NCBI GenBank assembly: GCA_958009085.1
Contig: OY253688.1
Coordinates: 124,001 to 188,000 of the forward strand
Origin: Protoeuglena noctilucae
Lineage: Eukaryota
DNA: 64,000 bases
Direction of reading: 5' to 3'
This document shows, one piece after another, positions 1-12,100 of the stretch. Numbering within the stretch: the first letter of the stretch is position 1; each line of letters starts with the position of its first letter. A program made the translations under genes and the position numbers. Below the pieces are notes generated by a model. The model was not told the origin of the DNA. It did no database searches and saw only the letters and a list, made by a program, of their open reading frames with translations.

Positions 1-91
1 GCTAACCACCCTCAGCGCACCTCGTGAGCGTGAAGACACACAGCAGAGCAGAGCAGAGTGGGGAACGGGCAAGTGCATAGTTCGCGTGCAG

Positions 92-2677
92 GTGATGCGA
101 GATTTGAAAGACGCGGCGCCCTCGGAGCCTCCCAGCAGTGGCAGTGGCCGCCACACGGGGCGGCTGCCGATGCCGGTGTCGTCCATTTGGCCCTGGTCGA
201 CCCTCACCCCTTGGATGGCCGAGGAGATGCGGAAGAGGGCGAGGTGAGAGATGTGCGTTGCTTGGCTGTGTACTGTCACTGCGACGTGAGACGGGGCGGG
301 GGGGAGCTGAAGCGGGAGGACGGTGTCACCCGGCGCTGCGTCTGTGATTACACTAAAGGGTCTCGTAAATGCTTTCATGCAGGGCCGACCTTCTGCTCAG
401 TGCACAGCTCCGTGATCAGCACACCTATGGCGTCTTCAATCCCTACGACAACCCCGCCTATCCGTCACGTGAGCTCACGCATTGCATGCATGTGGGGTGG
501 GCTAGGATCATCACCTGGTTCTTTTGTATCAACATGCCTGCACACTGTCATGTTTGTGGCTGACACAGACCAGAACGGGCTCATAAGCATGACATGTGAC
601 CTCTCTCGCCCATCTCCCAACACGCAGTGTCGGAGTTCATCGAGTCACATGAGGCGTCAGAAACAGTCCACGACGCCCAGGTGTTCCAGATCCTCGGACT
701 GACGCCCCAGTCGCGGTTCGCTGAGGCCGACGTGCTGCGGCGGTGCGCGCGGGACAGGCGAGGGGCGGCGGGACTGGCAGCTGCGGGGCGATGTGTGTGA
801 AACGGATCATGCAGTGTTTGTGGCTGTGGCTGTCGTTCGTTTTGATGCAGAAGTTTGTGTGTATATAGCTGCCCTCGCAGCCCGTGGCACGGCGAGGCTC
901 TCCTGGCCCTGGCGGAGGCGCGGCTGCGTTCCCTGGCGGCAGTGGGGGTGGCGGAGAGGTCTGCCGAGTCATGGGCCGCCCTGGCTGCGGCGGTGGGGGC
1001 GGACTTAGAGCAACCGGGGTACCTGGTGAGTCACCAGATAGTCAGGCACAGCCACAGAAATGTCAATGGCGTTTGCGATTGGTGATAAAGCTGGGCAGCG
1101 ATGCTGTTGATATCACGATTCAATGACTTACCCGTTTATCTCTCTCTTTCGATCAATCATTCCAGGCTTCCTCGGTGGGCGTGACGTACGAGGGCGTGGG
1201 AGAGGGCGACGATGCCAGGCAGTGGTGGCTGACCGACGAGGAGATGCGACACGGGGAGCCGTTGGGGGTGTCGGCACAGGCGTGCTCGATCGCGGGGCGC
1301 AGGTGAGGGGTGGCTGGGGTTGTTGGGTGGTGTGGGGGTGCAGGTGAGGGTTGCTAGTGTGGGAAAGGGAAAGTCGAGAACCACGTCTTGACTTGACGCC
1401 TCGACATCTTGACACGTTGACATCTCAGCGTCCCACCATCTCAGCTTACTCACCATCTCCTCATCTGATTCCCTCTCACACAGGAAGGAGCGTGACGTGC
1501 GGGTGCAGTCTCTGAAGAATCTCTTTACCCACCATCTGCGCACGACGCCGCACCTCGAGGCACCGGACGCGGGGAGCCGAGGGAGGCACGTCTCCGCTCA
1601 GGGTGAGCAGCCGGGGCACGGAGATGGGACAAGGGATAGTAATGGGTTGAGGGGAGCATGTCTTCTTTGCCAATAGTGAGGTCGGTAATGTTCGGCTGCG
1701 GTTTTTCCTCAACATCCACAATTGTATCCATTCGCATCGCAGCCTGCGTATCAACTTCAGTGTCACTTCATCCTCATGCCCTCTCCTGCCCCCAGTCCGC
1801 CAGCGCATTGCGGATCTCAACCCCCTCGACACGCGGCTGCACGCGGCAGCCTCACGCATGCTGGACGATCGCCTGGCTGAGTTGCGGACAGCAGGTGCGT
1901 TTGTGGTGTTAAGAGATACAGCCGTGTATAGTTAATATAATATCTGTAGTAGATTGCATCACAGTCAAACCGACTGCGGCACACCCTCCCTTCTCTTGCC
2001 ATCACAGAACCAGCCCACCCTCGCCTCACACGTGTTTCCTTTCTTCATACACTATAGTTAGTAATTACCTTTCGTGTGTCTCTCCGCGACCGCAGGCGCC
2101 CTGCCCTCGTTCCCCTCGCTGACGGACGATGAGGCGGAGGCGGCCGTGAGGCGCGCCAGGGAGGCCACGGAGAGGCTGCAGTTGCTGGGGAGGGTACGGA
2201 GACAGGCGAGCGGTGTTGCTGAGAGATGGATTGCTAGGGATGAGATTGCTATGAATGCTGAGGAGGGATAAGGTGTGTGGGAGAGGCTACAGTTGATGGG
2301 AGGGCACGCAGACAGGCGAGCGGTGTTGCTGAGAGATGGATTGCTAGGGATGAGATTGCTATGAATGCTGAGCAGAGACGAGGTGTGTTATGAATGCTGT
2401 TGGCGATGACGTGTGTCCAGAAAGCCACCGAGATGCTGGTGTGATGCAGACCCCTGCTGTGACGCAGCCCTTCTTCAGCATCACTCGTCATCCCACGCAG
2501 GAATCGTCTGTGGAGCTCGCGGAGGGGTCACCTGGGCACACGGAGTTTGCCGCTTACCTCACGGGTGCCAGCGGGGACGGTCGCGGTGGCGAGGGCGGCG
2601 GGGGCGACGGTGCAGCAGAGGTGCAGGAGGCTCTGTGGGAGGCCATGCGGCTGGCGAACCTCGCCAGGGAGCTGTGA
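92..2677 (+). CDS. TPST: Plant-type protein-tyrosine sulfotransferase (TPST)-like protein, 3' part (gene starts before the window); about 8 exons in the window
   Basis: Spliced exons give IWPWSTLTPWMAEEM, NPYD, VHDAQVFQILGLTPQSRFAEADVLRRC, GEALLALAEARLRSLAAVGVAERSAES, VRVQSLKNL and RIADLNPLDTRLH. These match plant TPST motifs as I recall them (IWPWKYLVPWMRED, HNGATFQIAGLTNNS, VAKRRLDSMLYVGLTE, LNNLDVELY). Ends ...NLAREL-TGA at 2677. Confidence 0.8.
2169..2372 (+). repeat. Tandem duplication (~93 nt x2) of an exon end, its splice donor and the intron start
   Basis: 2169-2262 and 2280-2372 share gagaggct(g/a)cagttg...gacaggcgagcggtgttgctgagagatggattgctagggatgagattgctatgaatgctgag. The donor agg|gtacg becomes agg|gcacg in copy 2. 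Confidence 0.95.
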
Positions 2678-2888
2678 GTGCTTTGTTGAAGATAGTAGTG
2701 CTTGGAGTAGCCTTGTTCAAGCAGAGGCTCTCTAGTCCTATGGTGGTGTGCAGCACATGCGCAGCGTCGACAGCGCAGGGCGTGCAAGCCACAGAGACGA
2801 ACATGCGTGGAAGTGAAAGCCAGCTTGGCTGTTTGTGGCTCATGGCTTGCTAGTTATGGCTCGTTGCTCACTTGTGGCTGGCTATGCT

Positions 2889-5800
2889 TTAGTTTGCGCC
2901 CCCCGAGCGCTTGGCACTGGGACGGCTGCCGCCCCTCGCCAATGCGGCAATGACCTGCTTGGCCTTCGCCATGGCCCTCTGCAGCATGACAGGGTTGTCC
3001 TCGCACGTTTCCATTGCCCTGTAAAGGAGCGGGGAGGTGTGCAGTTAGATGGCATGGCTGCACTGGTCGCCTTTGGCAGGGCAGCCCAGTAAGAAAAGTC
3101 ATCAATTGCTCATAACGTACAGCAAGAACTCATCCATTCAGCGAGCACTCGTCGTCTCAACAGACATGTGCATGACACATGCGTACTACTCACCGCGCCA
3201 GCACCCTCAGTGCCTCCGGCACGTCTTCCGCCAAGCAGATGGCCATGGCCTGGTCCATAGCCTCCGCCGCCCTCTCGCTGTCCATCGGGCCAGAAGAGGA
3301 GTTCTTGGCCTTCTCACAAACATCCTTGACGGCCTCGTCAATGCACTCTGTGGCGATCTTGACGTCGAAGACGGGGGAGCCGGCTGCGTGCGTCTCCAAC
3401 CGGCTGCGAGACATGCACGTGGCGGGGCCGAATCGCCGTTGCACCGACTAGCATGGTCGCTTTGACAAGTATGGCGCTGGTCCTACAACCGAGCATGTGT
3501 GCACCAGCTGAGAGACAAGTTCCAACCGTGCGTGTGCCTCACCTGGCCAAGCGAGCCAGCCTGCTGTGGTGCTGAGGAGCCCTGGCGGCCTCGATCAGGG
3601 CCGCCATGACAGCACTGTTGGCTGGTCGCAAAGCACTCCGGACTTCTCTGAGCTGCTGCTCAGCTGCCGGGGCCTGGCTCTGCCTGCTGTCGTCGTCGCC
3701 TGACGCCTCATCGCTGCCACCGTCACCGTGTCCGTTGGCACTCGCAGCCCGCGGGCGCTTGCTGCCCTGAGCCGCGTGGCTGGGGCCTTCCGGGGCAGAA
3801 GCAGGCCTCTTGTGGCCATTCGCGCCACCGGCCAGGGTTGCACGCACAGGTGCCAGTTCTTGCGGCGCCCTCCTCGCCACTGCCGCCGGGGCAGGGTCGG
3901 CAGCCGCGGCCTGAATCACGCCGTCGTCCTCGCCCATCCTACCGCCAAGGTACCGCTGCCAGCGCATGAGAAACGCATAGCCGGTTCAATGTTGCTTACT
4001 CGCCACAGCAGACGGCGGCAACCGTGAGATAACCCAAGTTGAACAAGTGTCGGGCGCAACGCCTACGCCTGGACGCTTCCATCCAAGCCCTCTTCCCTGC
4101 CCTGCCCTCCCCGCCAACGCTTTGCAAGCACTAGCCTGCCCTCCTCCAGCACCATCTTGGCCAGGGCAGCGACACCTTCACAAGCATCCAACGCCCTGGG
4201 GTCGCGACGAGTGCAGGGGCATTGTCGGCGACCACTAGGGTGCCTTCCATGCTCCGTTGTCAATGTCGCACTATGGGGCGCTCGCCCTCACCTCGCCGTG
4301 GCCTCCAGCACTCCGGCCAGGTCTACCGCTCGTCGAATCGCCGCATACCGACCCACGGCCTCCACCGCAGCCGCCGTGTCGATTGATGCCTTGGAGTCGG
4401 CTAGACTCTGTGAGACCCGACTCAGGCCCGCATTTGCTTGCCGGTGGGCGATGTCGGCCACAGCACGGAGCGCAGGTGCGTCCCCAGATACCACACTTGC
4501 CAGCCTGTGAAGGAGGCCACACAACCTGGGCATGAACAGTCGCAACGCGATTGTTGACATGTGCAACTCTCACTAAAGCAACCCGTCACCTGGACAACAC
4601 CTTGAGAGCTTGCCCGGGGTCAGGGGCAGCAGAAGCCTCGATTACAAGGGTGAGTGCGTGACGGCCTTGTGATGACGATGCCATGTCCCAGCATGCCAAA
4701 ATCTGATGCCCAAGATCCACAGGTGGCCCTCCAATAGGTAACATGAAAGACCGATGGAATGCATTACCTCGTGTAGGCCAATCAAGGGCCAGTTGACCGC
4801 ATAAGTCCTTATCAGCCGCATCCTGGCCCACCGCACCGCCCGTGTCGCTGCACCGGCGCTGGCGGGAGGGGCGCTCTGCCGCACCGTCAGCTCCGTGCGA
4901 ATCACATGATCCCGGCGCCAACCGCTTCTGACCAATCAAGACTTGGGATGGGGGTGTTTGCAACGCTGCACCACCATGCGCTAGGTTGGCCCCATCAGCT
5001 GCGGCAGAATGGCCCGTCCTTTGCTTCTGCGCTCAACACAGGGTGGGATGGGGCTGCCTATCACGTGAGGCTCCTGGCCATTCGCGCCACCCAGCGCCTC
5101 AGGACCCCTTGCTGTGACACTCACCCAGGTCGTGGTCTTCACCTCTGCACCCGTCACGCCCTTCTCTGAACCTTCCACCTCGAAGCTCTCCATCCTTGTC
5201 TTAAAGTGCGATTCCCTCCAGCACAAAGTCACGTTCGTTATCACGAGCGAGGGGCCCGCATTGATCTGCCTCAACCCACAGATAGTCCCATTTTTCAGCA
5301 CGAGCGGGTAGTCCACTGTGAGTGGCCCCGTGACGAACCACGTAGAGCCACCCAGATCAACAACACCCCCTTTCACCAACTCACGATTCTTTAACAACTT
5401 GAACAAATCTTTTTCTGGCTCAGCCTCAGAAGCCTGCGGGCGGCAGGGTATGCGAGTGTCGCCGCAGCAACTCCCCCACGCTGAGCTGAGCAAAGGCTGA
5501 GGCTGGCGCATCACCTGTGGGAGACCCAAAGTGGGGTCAGGCAAGGAGTAACGCAGCTCCCCCATGACGCGCTCGGCCTTCAGGCACTCCCCATCATAAG
5601 CCCCGCTGCAAGAAAGACGACAGCATTCGTGAGTTGCTGGCGCTTGTGCAAGGACATGATGACCCGCTGTTAAACCTTACCCGCGCGAGCTCGAAAGAGC
5701 GCTGAAGATATTTTTTATGGCCCTCTCGGACGATACAGCGGGGTCGCCCTTCCATTGCCTATAAAGCTCGGTGAACTTCTCACACAGGGTAGGGTCCCTC

Positions 5801-8239
5801 CGAACCAAGCCCACAGTGATGTATGGCAGGTGGCGCTCTCGCAGCTCCTGCACGCGATTGGCAGAGCGTAAAATGAGGTAAGATGGGTTGCCTTATCCTT
5901 GCAATGGAGTGTAACGTGCAGCCCGGGAGCCAATAGAACGAAGGTGTGCCGGTACGCGATGGCGAGCTGTGTAGCGTGTTCCATACCTGCACAATGGTCT
6001 TCACCGCCTCGTTCACAATCGTTGCTGAGCCCCCCATTCCCCTGCCACGGTCGTCCTCGAAAGTCGCAAAGCCGGCGTGAGTGGGGGGCGCGGGCACTGC
6101 CCCATCCGTGGCCAGTGCCGCATGCAAAGGGCCGGCCCTACGATCAGCGGCAGGCTGACTTCCTCCGTCCCCCTCATCCTGGCTGACGATATCCCTCTCT
6201 TCAGGCTCCACTGCACCGTGGCCCATCGGCTGTGCCTGCAAAGAGTGGTACTTGAAGGCTGATGAGCAAAGCCGCAGCTGTAGCAATCGATGCGCGTCCC
6301 GGCCCGCCCTGAGGTGCTGGGAAAGGCCATGATCATTCTGACCAACTGCGCCCGGTTTGAGGGCTTGTCTAGCCTTCCAGCATAGCATGTGCGTTCTGTG
6401 CGAGCGCCTCACCTCAATTTGCTTTTCGGAAATTGCGCCCACTGGTATCTTCGGCTGCCTGTCATTAAGCAGGGGCGAATACATTTCCTCCTCTTCCGTC
6501 TTTTCTCCGTATTTCTCAATCTGTGACGATGCCTTTATGACCTGCATACATGGAGGCTAGCCACGCTTTGCCTCTGCACACATGATTCAATGGCACGTCA
6601 GATATTTCAACAAACATATGTCACACACCTGGTGTTCGCTGGAAGCGCCTTTCGGCCTTAAAGAGAACGTGATGTCCCCGCGCTCTTGCTCCCAAACCAA
6701 GTCCTCAAATACATTTTTACTGCAGGGATACCAGCAACGTTAGCTGTCACTTCAGAATGGAATAAGGGGCGGAGTGGCGTAGTCTGCGAAGGACATGCAA
6801 GTGCTGCTCACCTCTTGCTGTGGAAGAGTGCCCAGAAGCACACCCACAGCCAATTGACCGCCTCTTGGTGTTCCAGGATTTCCATGTCGTAGCATCCCTG
6901 TCTTACATACTCCAGGGCAACATCTCGCTCAAAGCCCGCCGCAAGGAGCTCCCGCTTGGAAACACTGTTCCCGCTGTTGCGGTCAATCGCCTGCGGGCCG
7001 CAGAAGCCTTGCCTCCGTCATCAGCAAGTCGCATAAAAAGTAGCAGCCGGCTTGCGGCACCCTTTCGACGGCCGCACCTCGCGGATCATTCTCCAGAAGG
7101 TCGCTGGCTTCAGATGCTTCTTCTTTGGAAATTTTTCACGCATAATGTCCTGCGGACGGAGCCATGCGCCAGGAACTCACAGGAAGAAGGTTCATGAACG
7201 CAATTCCATCCGCGCTTGGGCTTGCCGAGGCTCACCGGCTTGCGCATCGATGCTGCAGCGCCTCGTGGCCCACTCGAGCGGCCAAAGCCACGCCGGTCTA
7301 TGCTCTCCATCGTTTAGGCTTTTTTTTCAGGCTAGATTCACTGACACCTATGCAAGCAGGGACAGGAGCTTTCACGCACGCGAGAGGCGCTTCGCCGCCT
7401 ATCACGACGGGACCGCCCCTGTCCAAGGAGCGTAGCAACCGAGAAGAGCGACAACACTTTAACACAAGCGTGATGAAAAACGAATGTACATCAAAGCCAA
7501 TGAACAGAGTACCAAGATTCTTCGCGGGCAAATTTTCTGTAAGTCTTGCGTGCGGTGGTTTCAAGTTTCTTAAAGTTTCCCCGAGTGTTTCTTCTCAGCG
7601 CAACAGAATACGTGAAAAATGACGCGGCAGAATACAGAAGGAGCGCTTGCGAGTGCGCAAGCCAATGCTTAGAACCAAGATGCATGTCTTGGCACAGTTT
7701 TTATATGTAACGAGTTTAGGCCATAGTTTCCAGCAAATTGTCGCTCATTTCTTTTGTTTTAAGACCTGAATTCCATGGTATGTGCAATTCAGGCTGACAT
7801 GAACGGGATAGGCGCGGAGGGTGATGTCCGAGTCGGGGGGACACAAGTCTTTCCCCCCGACATGGACGCTGCTGAGTTCAAGCGCTCCATGACATGTAGC
7901 TGTAGCTATCATGATAGTGTATACCGCGTCTGCATGGGGTGAGCAGTCACGGGCGCGGCAGCGTCCGCAGTGAGCGTCGTCGCAGGTCCCTGGAGTCCCT
8001 AGGCCTGCGAGCATGCGCAGCCACGCTCCGCTAGGCCCCAAGCTGCTAGCAGCCGACGTCGGCTGCAGGTCCAAGCAAGCTGCCGAACTCTCATGTGCCG
8101 CTAAGCTCCGGAATCCACCGCGCATTCCTGTGGAGCTGGCTTGGGCGGTGGATGCACCGCGCCCGGCACCAGGCCCGCCAACCCACGGGAACTCCTCACC
8201 GGTGGGCGGATTTCCAGGCGCTGCCTTGGACTTATCCAT
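2889..8239 (-). CDS. Orphan modular protein A: two winged-helix-like domains, NLS-like linkers and two helical modules; may be two genes; 5' end uncertain
   Basis: Phase-compatible GT-AG exons can be followed through most of ~7150 to TAA at 2889, and several are homologous to exons of the gene at 9185-13619. Upstream of 7150 I cannot follow a clean frame; ATG 8239 (MDKSKAAP) is only a candidate. There is an in-frame TAG at 4063 unless it is spliced out. Confidence 0.6.
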
Positions 8240-9184
8240 GACTGCTGCTGCCACGATGCTGCGCGGAGGCGAGGCGGTGCTGCACGCTGGGCCAGGTGCA
8301 TGTGTCAGAATGCGGAGTCGGGGCGTCGCGTCAAGAGGCCAGACGCGACTCGCGCGTCCCACATTTCCGGGACTGCGCTCGACTTGAGGCTGCGGAGGGC
8401 TGCGACGGCTTCTCTGGTCAGGCAGGTGAGGGCGGGGTGGGTTTTCGAAATGGAAGGGTCGTTTGAGCTGGCGCCCGGTGATGCCCGGCGGTTCCCGCGG
8501 CACGACACCCTGAGCAACAGATACATAATTTGCACCAAAATTGCTGGCAGACATATGGGGCCGCGATCGCCGGCGCGCTGACCCGGCGCGGGCGTGGCGC
8601 GCCCTGCAGCCTGTGCTGGGTCGCGCCGGGCCGCCGACGCCACTTTGGCAGCCACGGGGTCTGCAGTCGTCTTTCTGAGATGTAACTGATGTCACAAAGT
8701 GAAGCATTGACGGGCGGGAGAGGGGGGAACATGTCTTTTATGTCCTTTTCAAACTGAGGCGGGGCACCGCCGCCCCGTCCCGCTGCGGCGCACCCTGCTG
8801 GGCTCCGCACGCGCATTTGTGTTTTTGTTTGCGAGTCGCGCCCCGTGGGGTGCGATGGAACGGGGCTTTCCGAGCGCGGGATGGGCGTTGTTAGCCATGC
8901 ACATTCTTGTGGGCGGGCGGCAGCTTCCGGAGGTCCCGGCTGTGCGCTCCCTCCGGCTGATTCATGTGGGATTGCGTAGGCACGGCGTGATCTATGCGCG
9001 TCGCGTGCTGCATTTCGAGTTTCGGGGGGCAGCGGCAGGTTGTTAGCTTCGTGCATGAGTGTGCAGCGCTAGAAGCGCTGCATGCATGCCAAATTATAAT
9101 GAATAAAATGCCATGCGAAATTGGTAAACCTATTTAAAGCTTTTGATTGCAGTGTCGATTTCTGGAAAGCGCTATGTACCAAGG

Positions 9185-12100
9185 ATGATTGTGGGAGCAG
9201 CCGGGTCAATCAACCCGCTGGCGCGCGACCAAGAACGCTTGCAGGCGCGCGACCAAGATCGCCTCTACCAACGAGCCGAGGCAAGTCTGCAGTGTGCCTT
9301 GGGCGTTGCACCTCTTCGACGTCTTTAGCGGGTCGCAACTCCAGCGTCACCCCAATAACCCGCAGAACCGTCAAGCAAACAGCCATGTCCGGGAGGACTC
9401 TGCCGCAGTTGGCAATGACGCGGAGGGACGGGCCCCGCGCTCATCCCTGAGCATGCAGGCCCAGCAGGGCAGCGGCAGCAGCAGGGATGCGGACCGCCAG
9501 GGCATCTCAAGCTCGTCGCAAGTGGCGGCACCGGCCGGCAGGGCTCCGCCAGTGCCAGAGTCGGCGCCTGTGCGTGCAACCCCGGCCGGCGCTTGTGACA
9601 GAGTCAAGCGCTTGCTCCACGCGGTAAGGGAGCCTAAGCGCAGCGTGCTGCGCCATGCCGGGCCGAGGCAGCTACCCAGGCACGCAATGTGCCCGTATGC
9701 TGACCACAGGAGCTCCGTCGCATTTGGGAGAAGGAGGGCAGGCGAGCGGATTCCAGCCTTCGTCGCCTCGTCGATTCGCCCGACACTGAGGACTTCCGCC
9801 GGGCGCTCGCCAGCCTGAACTCTGACGGGCCGTGCAGTGCCGAGGAGCAAGCGATATTGGCAGAAGAGGTCCTGACGTCCTTCATCTTCGGCCTCTTGTG
9901 CGTGACAACATTCCTGAGCCAACGCTGTCTGCGGTCGCCACGGCTGCCACACCTTCAATTTAAAGCTTCTGACTCCTCGCAGTAAGGAGTCGGACCCGGA
10001 CATCGCATGGATACCTGGTGTCGGGCGCTTCGTCCTTCGTGTCGACTACCCCGACATGCCAGAGTTCCCCAGAAAGGTGAGAGCCGCAACGAGGTCTGTC
10101 ATATCGACCCAGTGCATCTGGCCCTGCAATTTCTGACGTATGGGTTCCTTGCCTCCCCCGCAGCTTCGTAGGAGTAGCATAGCCGCTCAGGACCTCAACT
10201 ACAACAGCGACTCTGGCAGCGAGGAGGAGGAGGACGAGGAGGAGGGCGGCCCTTCCCAGCGACAAGAACATGCTGATCTGACTGGCAAGAGCGTTCCGCG
10301 CTTGCTCACTGCGGTAAGCTAGCCCAAGCGCACCGATAATGAGCCATGCTATGTCGAGCCATGCAGGGCAGAGGCAGGTGCCCAGACACACCGTGCGTCC
10401 CCATGCTCATTGCAGGAGCTCCGCGAACTGAAAACCCTCGGCATCCATCGCGTGTCGGACGCCCAGCTGCGCGAGATGGGGTTCAACACCGACATCACTC
10501 GGGAGTACGTGCGGCAGGGGTGCCATGATGAGAGCATCCTTGAAGAGGACACGGAATTTGAGCGGTGCGCCAAGAAGTTCTTCGACTCTGCGCGTCGCTG
10601 CTTCGGGTGACCTCTCTGGCGGGTGCTGCAGCTCAGCGCTGGCCTCGTGCTTTGTGCGCATCTTGTGTATCAAGATGGATTAGGACCGTGTGCTTCCATC
10701 ATGTGTCATACCTCCGCAGGGAGAGGGTCCACCCTGTCGTGAAGTGCGAGGCTCGACGGCAAGCTCTACTTCTCCCTGAAGCCTCGGCACGGCAGTGCGG
10801 GCGGGGTGAAAGCTTGACTGGGTGGCATTTGCGCGTGGTCAGCTGAAGTGTGGTTGTCCATTCATGTATCTCATTCGCCTTCTCTCCTGCCTCTGCGCGC
10901 AGGGAGGCAGTGGCGGCGCCAATGGTCAGCTGCAGGGCAACACGCGGCGTCCCCACCAGCGTGGTCGACTGGGCAGGGACGGGGCCGCAGGGGAGCCCAG
11001 GACGGGGCGTAAGCAGCTGAGGAAGGGCACCGTGCGCAGGATTCTGCTGAAGGTGAGCGCGCTGGCACCCTGTAGGAGCAGGTACGGATCCGCATGGGTG
11101 GCTCTGGTACCCGTGCAGCGTAGTTGGGGACACCTCGAGCACAAGCGCCTTTGCTTGCAGTGGCTGAAGAAGATGCGCGAGCAGGGCATCGGATCGGTGA
11201 CCAGGACGGAGCTGAGGCGAGGCGGATTCAGAAAAAAAATCAAGGCAGAGTACGAGCGCCAGGGGTGTCCGGTGAAAAAATTTTGGTGCAAATTCTCCGA
11301 CGCCGCCACCAAGTGCTTCTTGTGAGCTGAGCGGCGCATGGATAGACTTATGTTATGTGATGAACGCAGGCCTGGCTAGCGTTAGGCTTGTCCGATTGCC
11401 GCTGCCCCTGATGGCCTCTGCAGCAATCGTGTTGACAAGTACATCGGGGCTGAGGCCACCCCTGACGGGGACATGCGGTTCTTCCTCAGAGAGCTCCACG
11501 GCGGCAACGGGCAGGTTGGTACCACTGAAGCTGTGTTGTGCTTACCTGAAGCTGGAGCTATATTGGCTGCGGGGTACATCCACGATGCATCATCCACGAT
11601 GCATGGTGTGGCATGCGCACTTTCTGATGGCCAGCAGGTGGGCCACGGCACAGCAGAGCCCGAGGGGGAGGAGGACGCTGAGGAGGGTGCAGAGGGGGAG
11701 GAGGAGGAGGAGGAGGAGGAGGAGGAGGAAGAGGATGACGAGGAGGGCGAGGATGACGAGGAGGCTGGGGAGGGCGAGGAGGGAGAGGAGTCTGGGGAGG
11801 CTGGGGAGGGCGAGGAGGCTGGGGAGGGTGGGGAGGGCGAAGAGGCTGCTGGGGAGGGTGAGGAGGGTGAGGAGGGCGAGGAGGCTGGGGAGGGTGAGGA
11901 GGGCGAGGAGGCTGGGGAGGGTGAGGAGGGCGAGGAGGCTGGGGAGGGCGAGGAGGCTGGGGATGGCGAGGAGGCTGGGGAGGGTGAGGAGGGCGAGGAG
12001 GCTGGGGAGGGTGAGGAGGGCGAGGAGGCTGGGGAGGGTGAGGAGGGTGGGGAGGGTGAGGAGGAGGAGGAAGAGGACGACAACATGACACAGCCGACTG

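Noticed and set aside
10740..10742. In-frame TGA read as selenocysteine or readthrough
   Set aside because: The exon is entered in a different frame whose translation aligns with the paralogous copies; a small indel explains it better.
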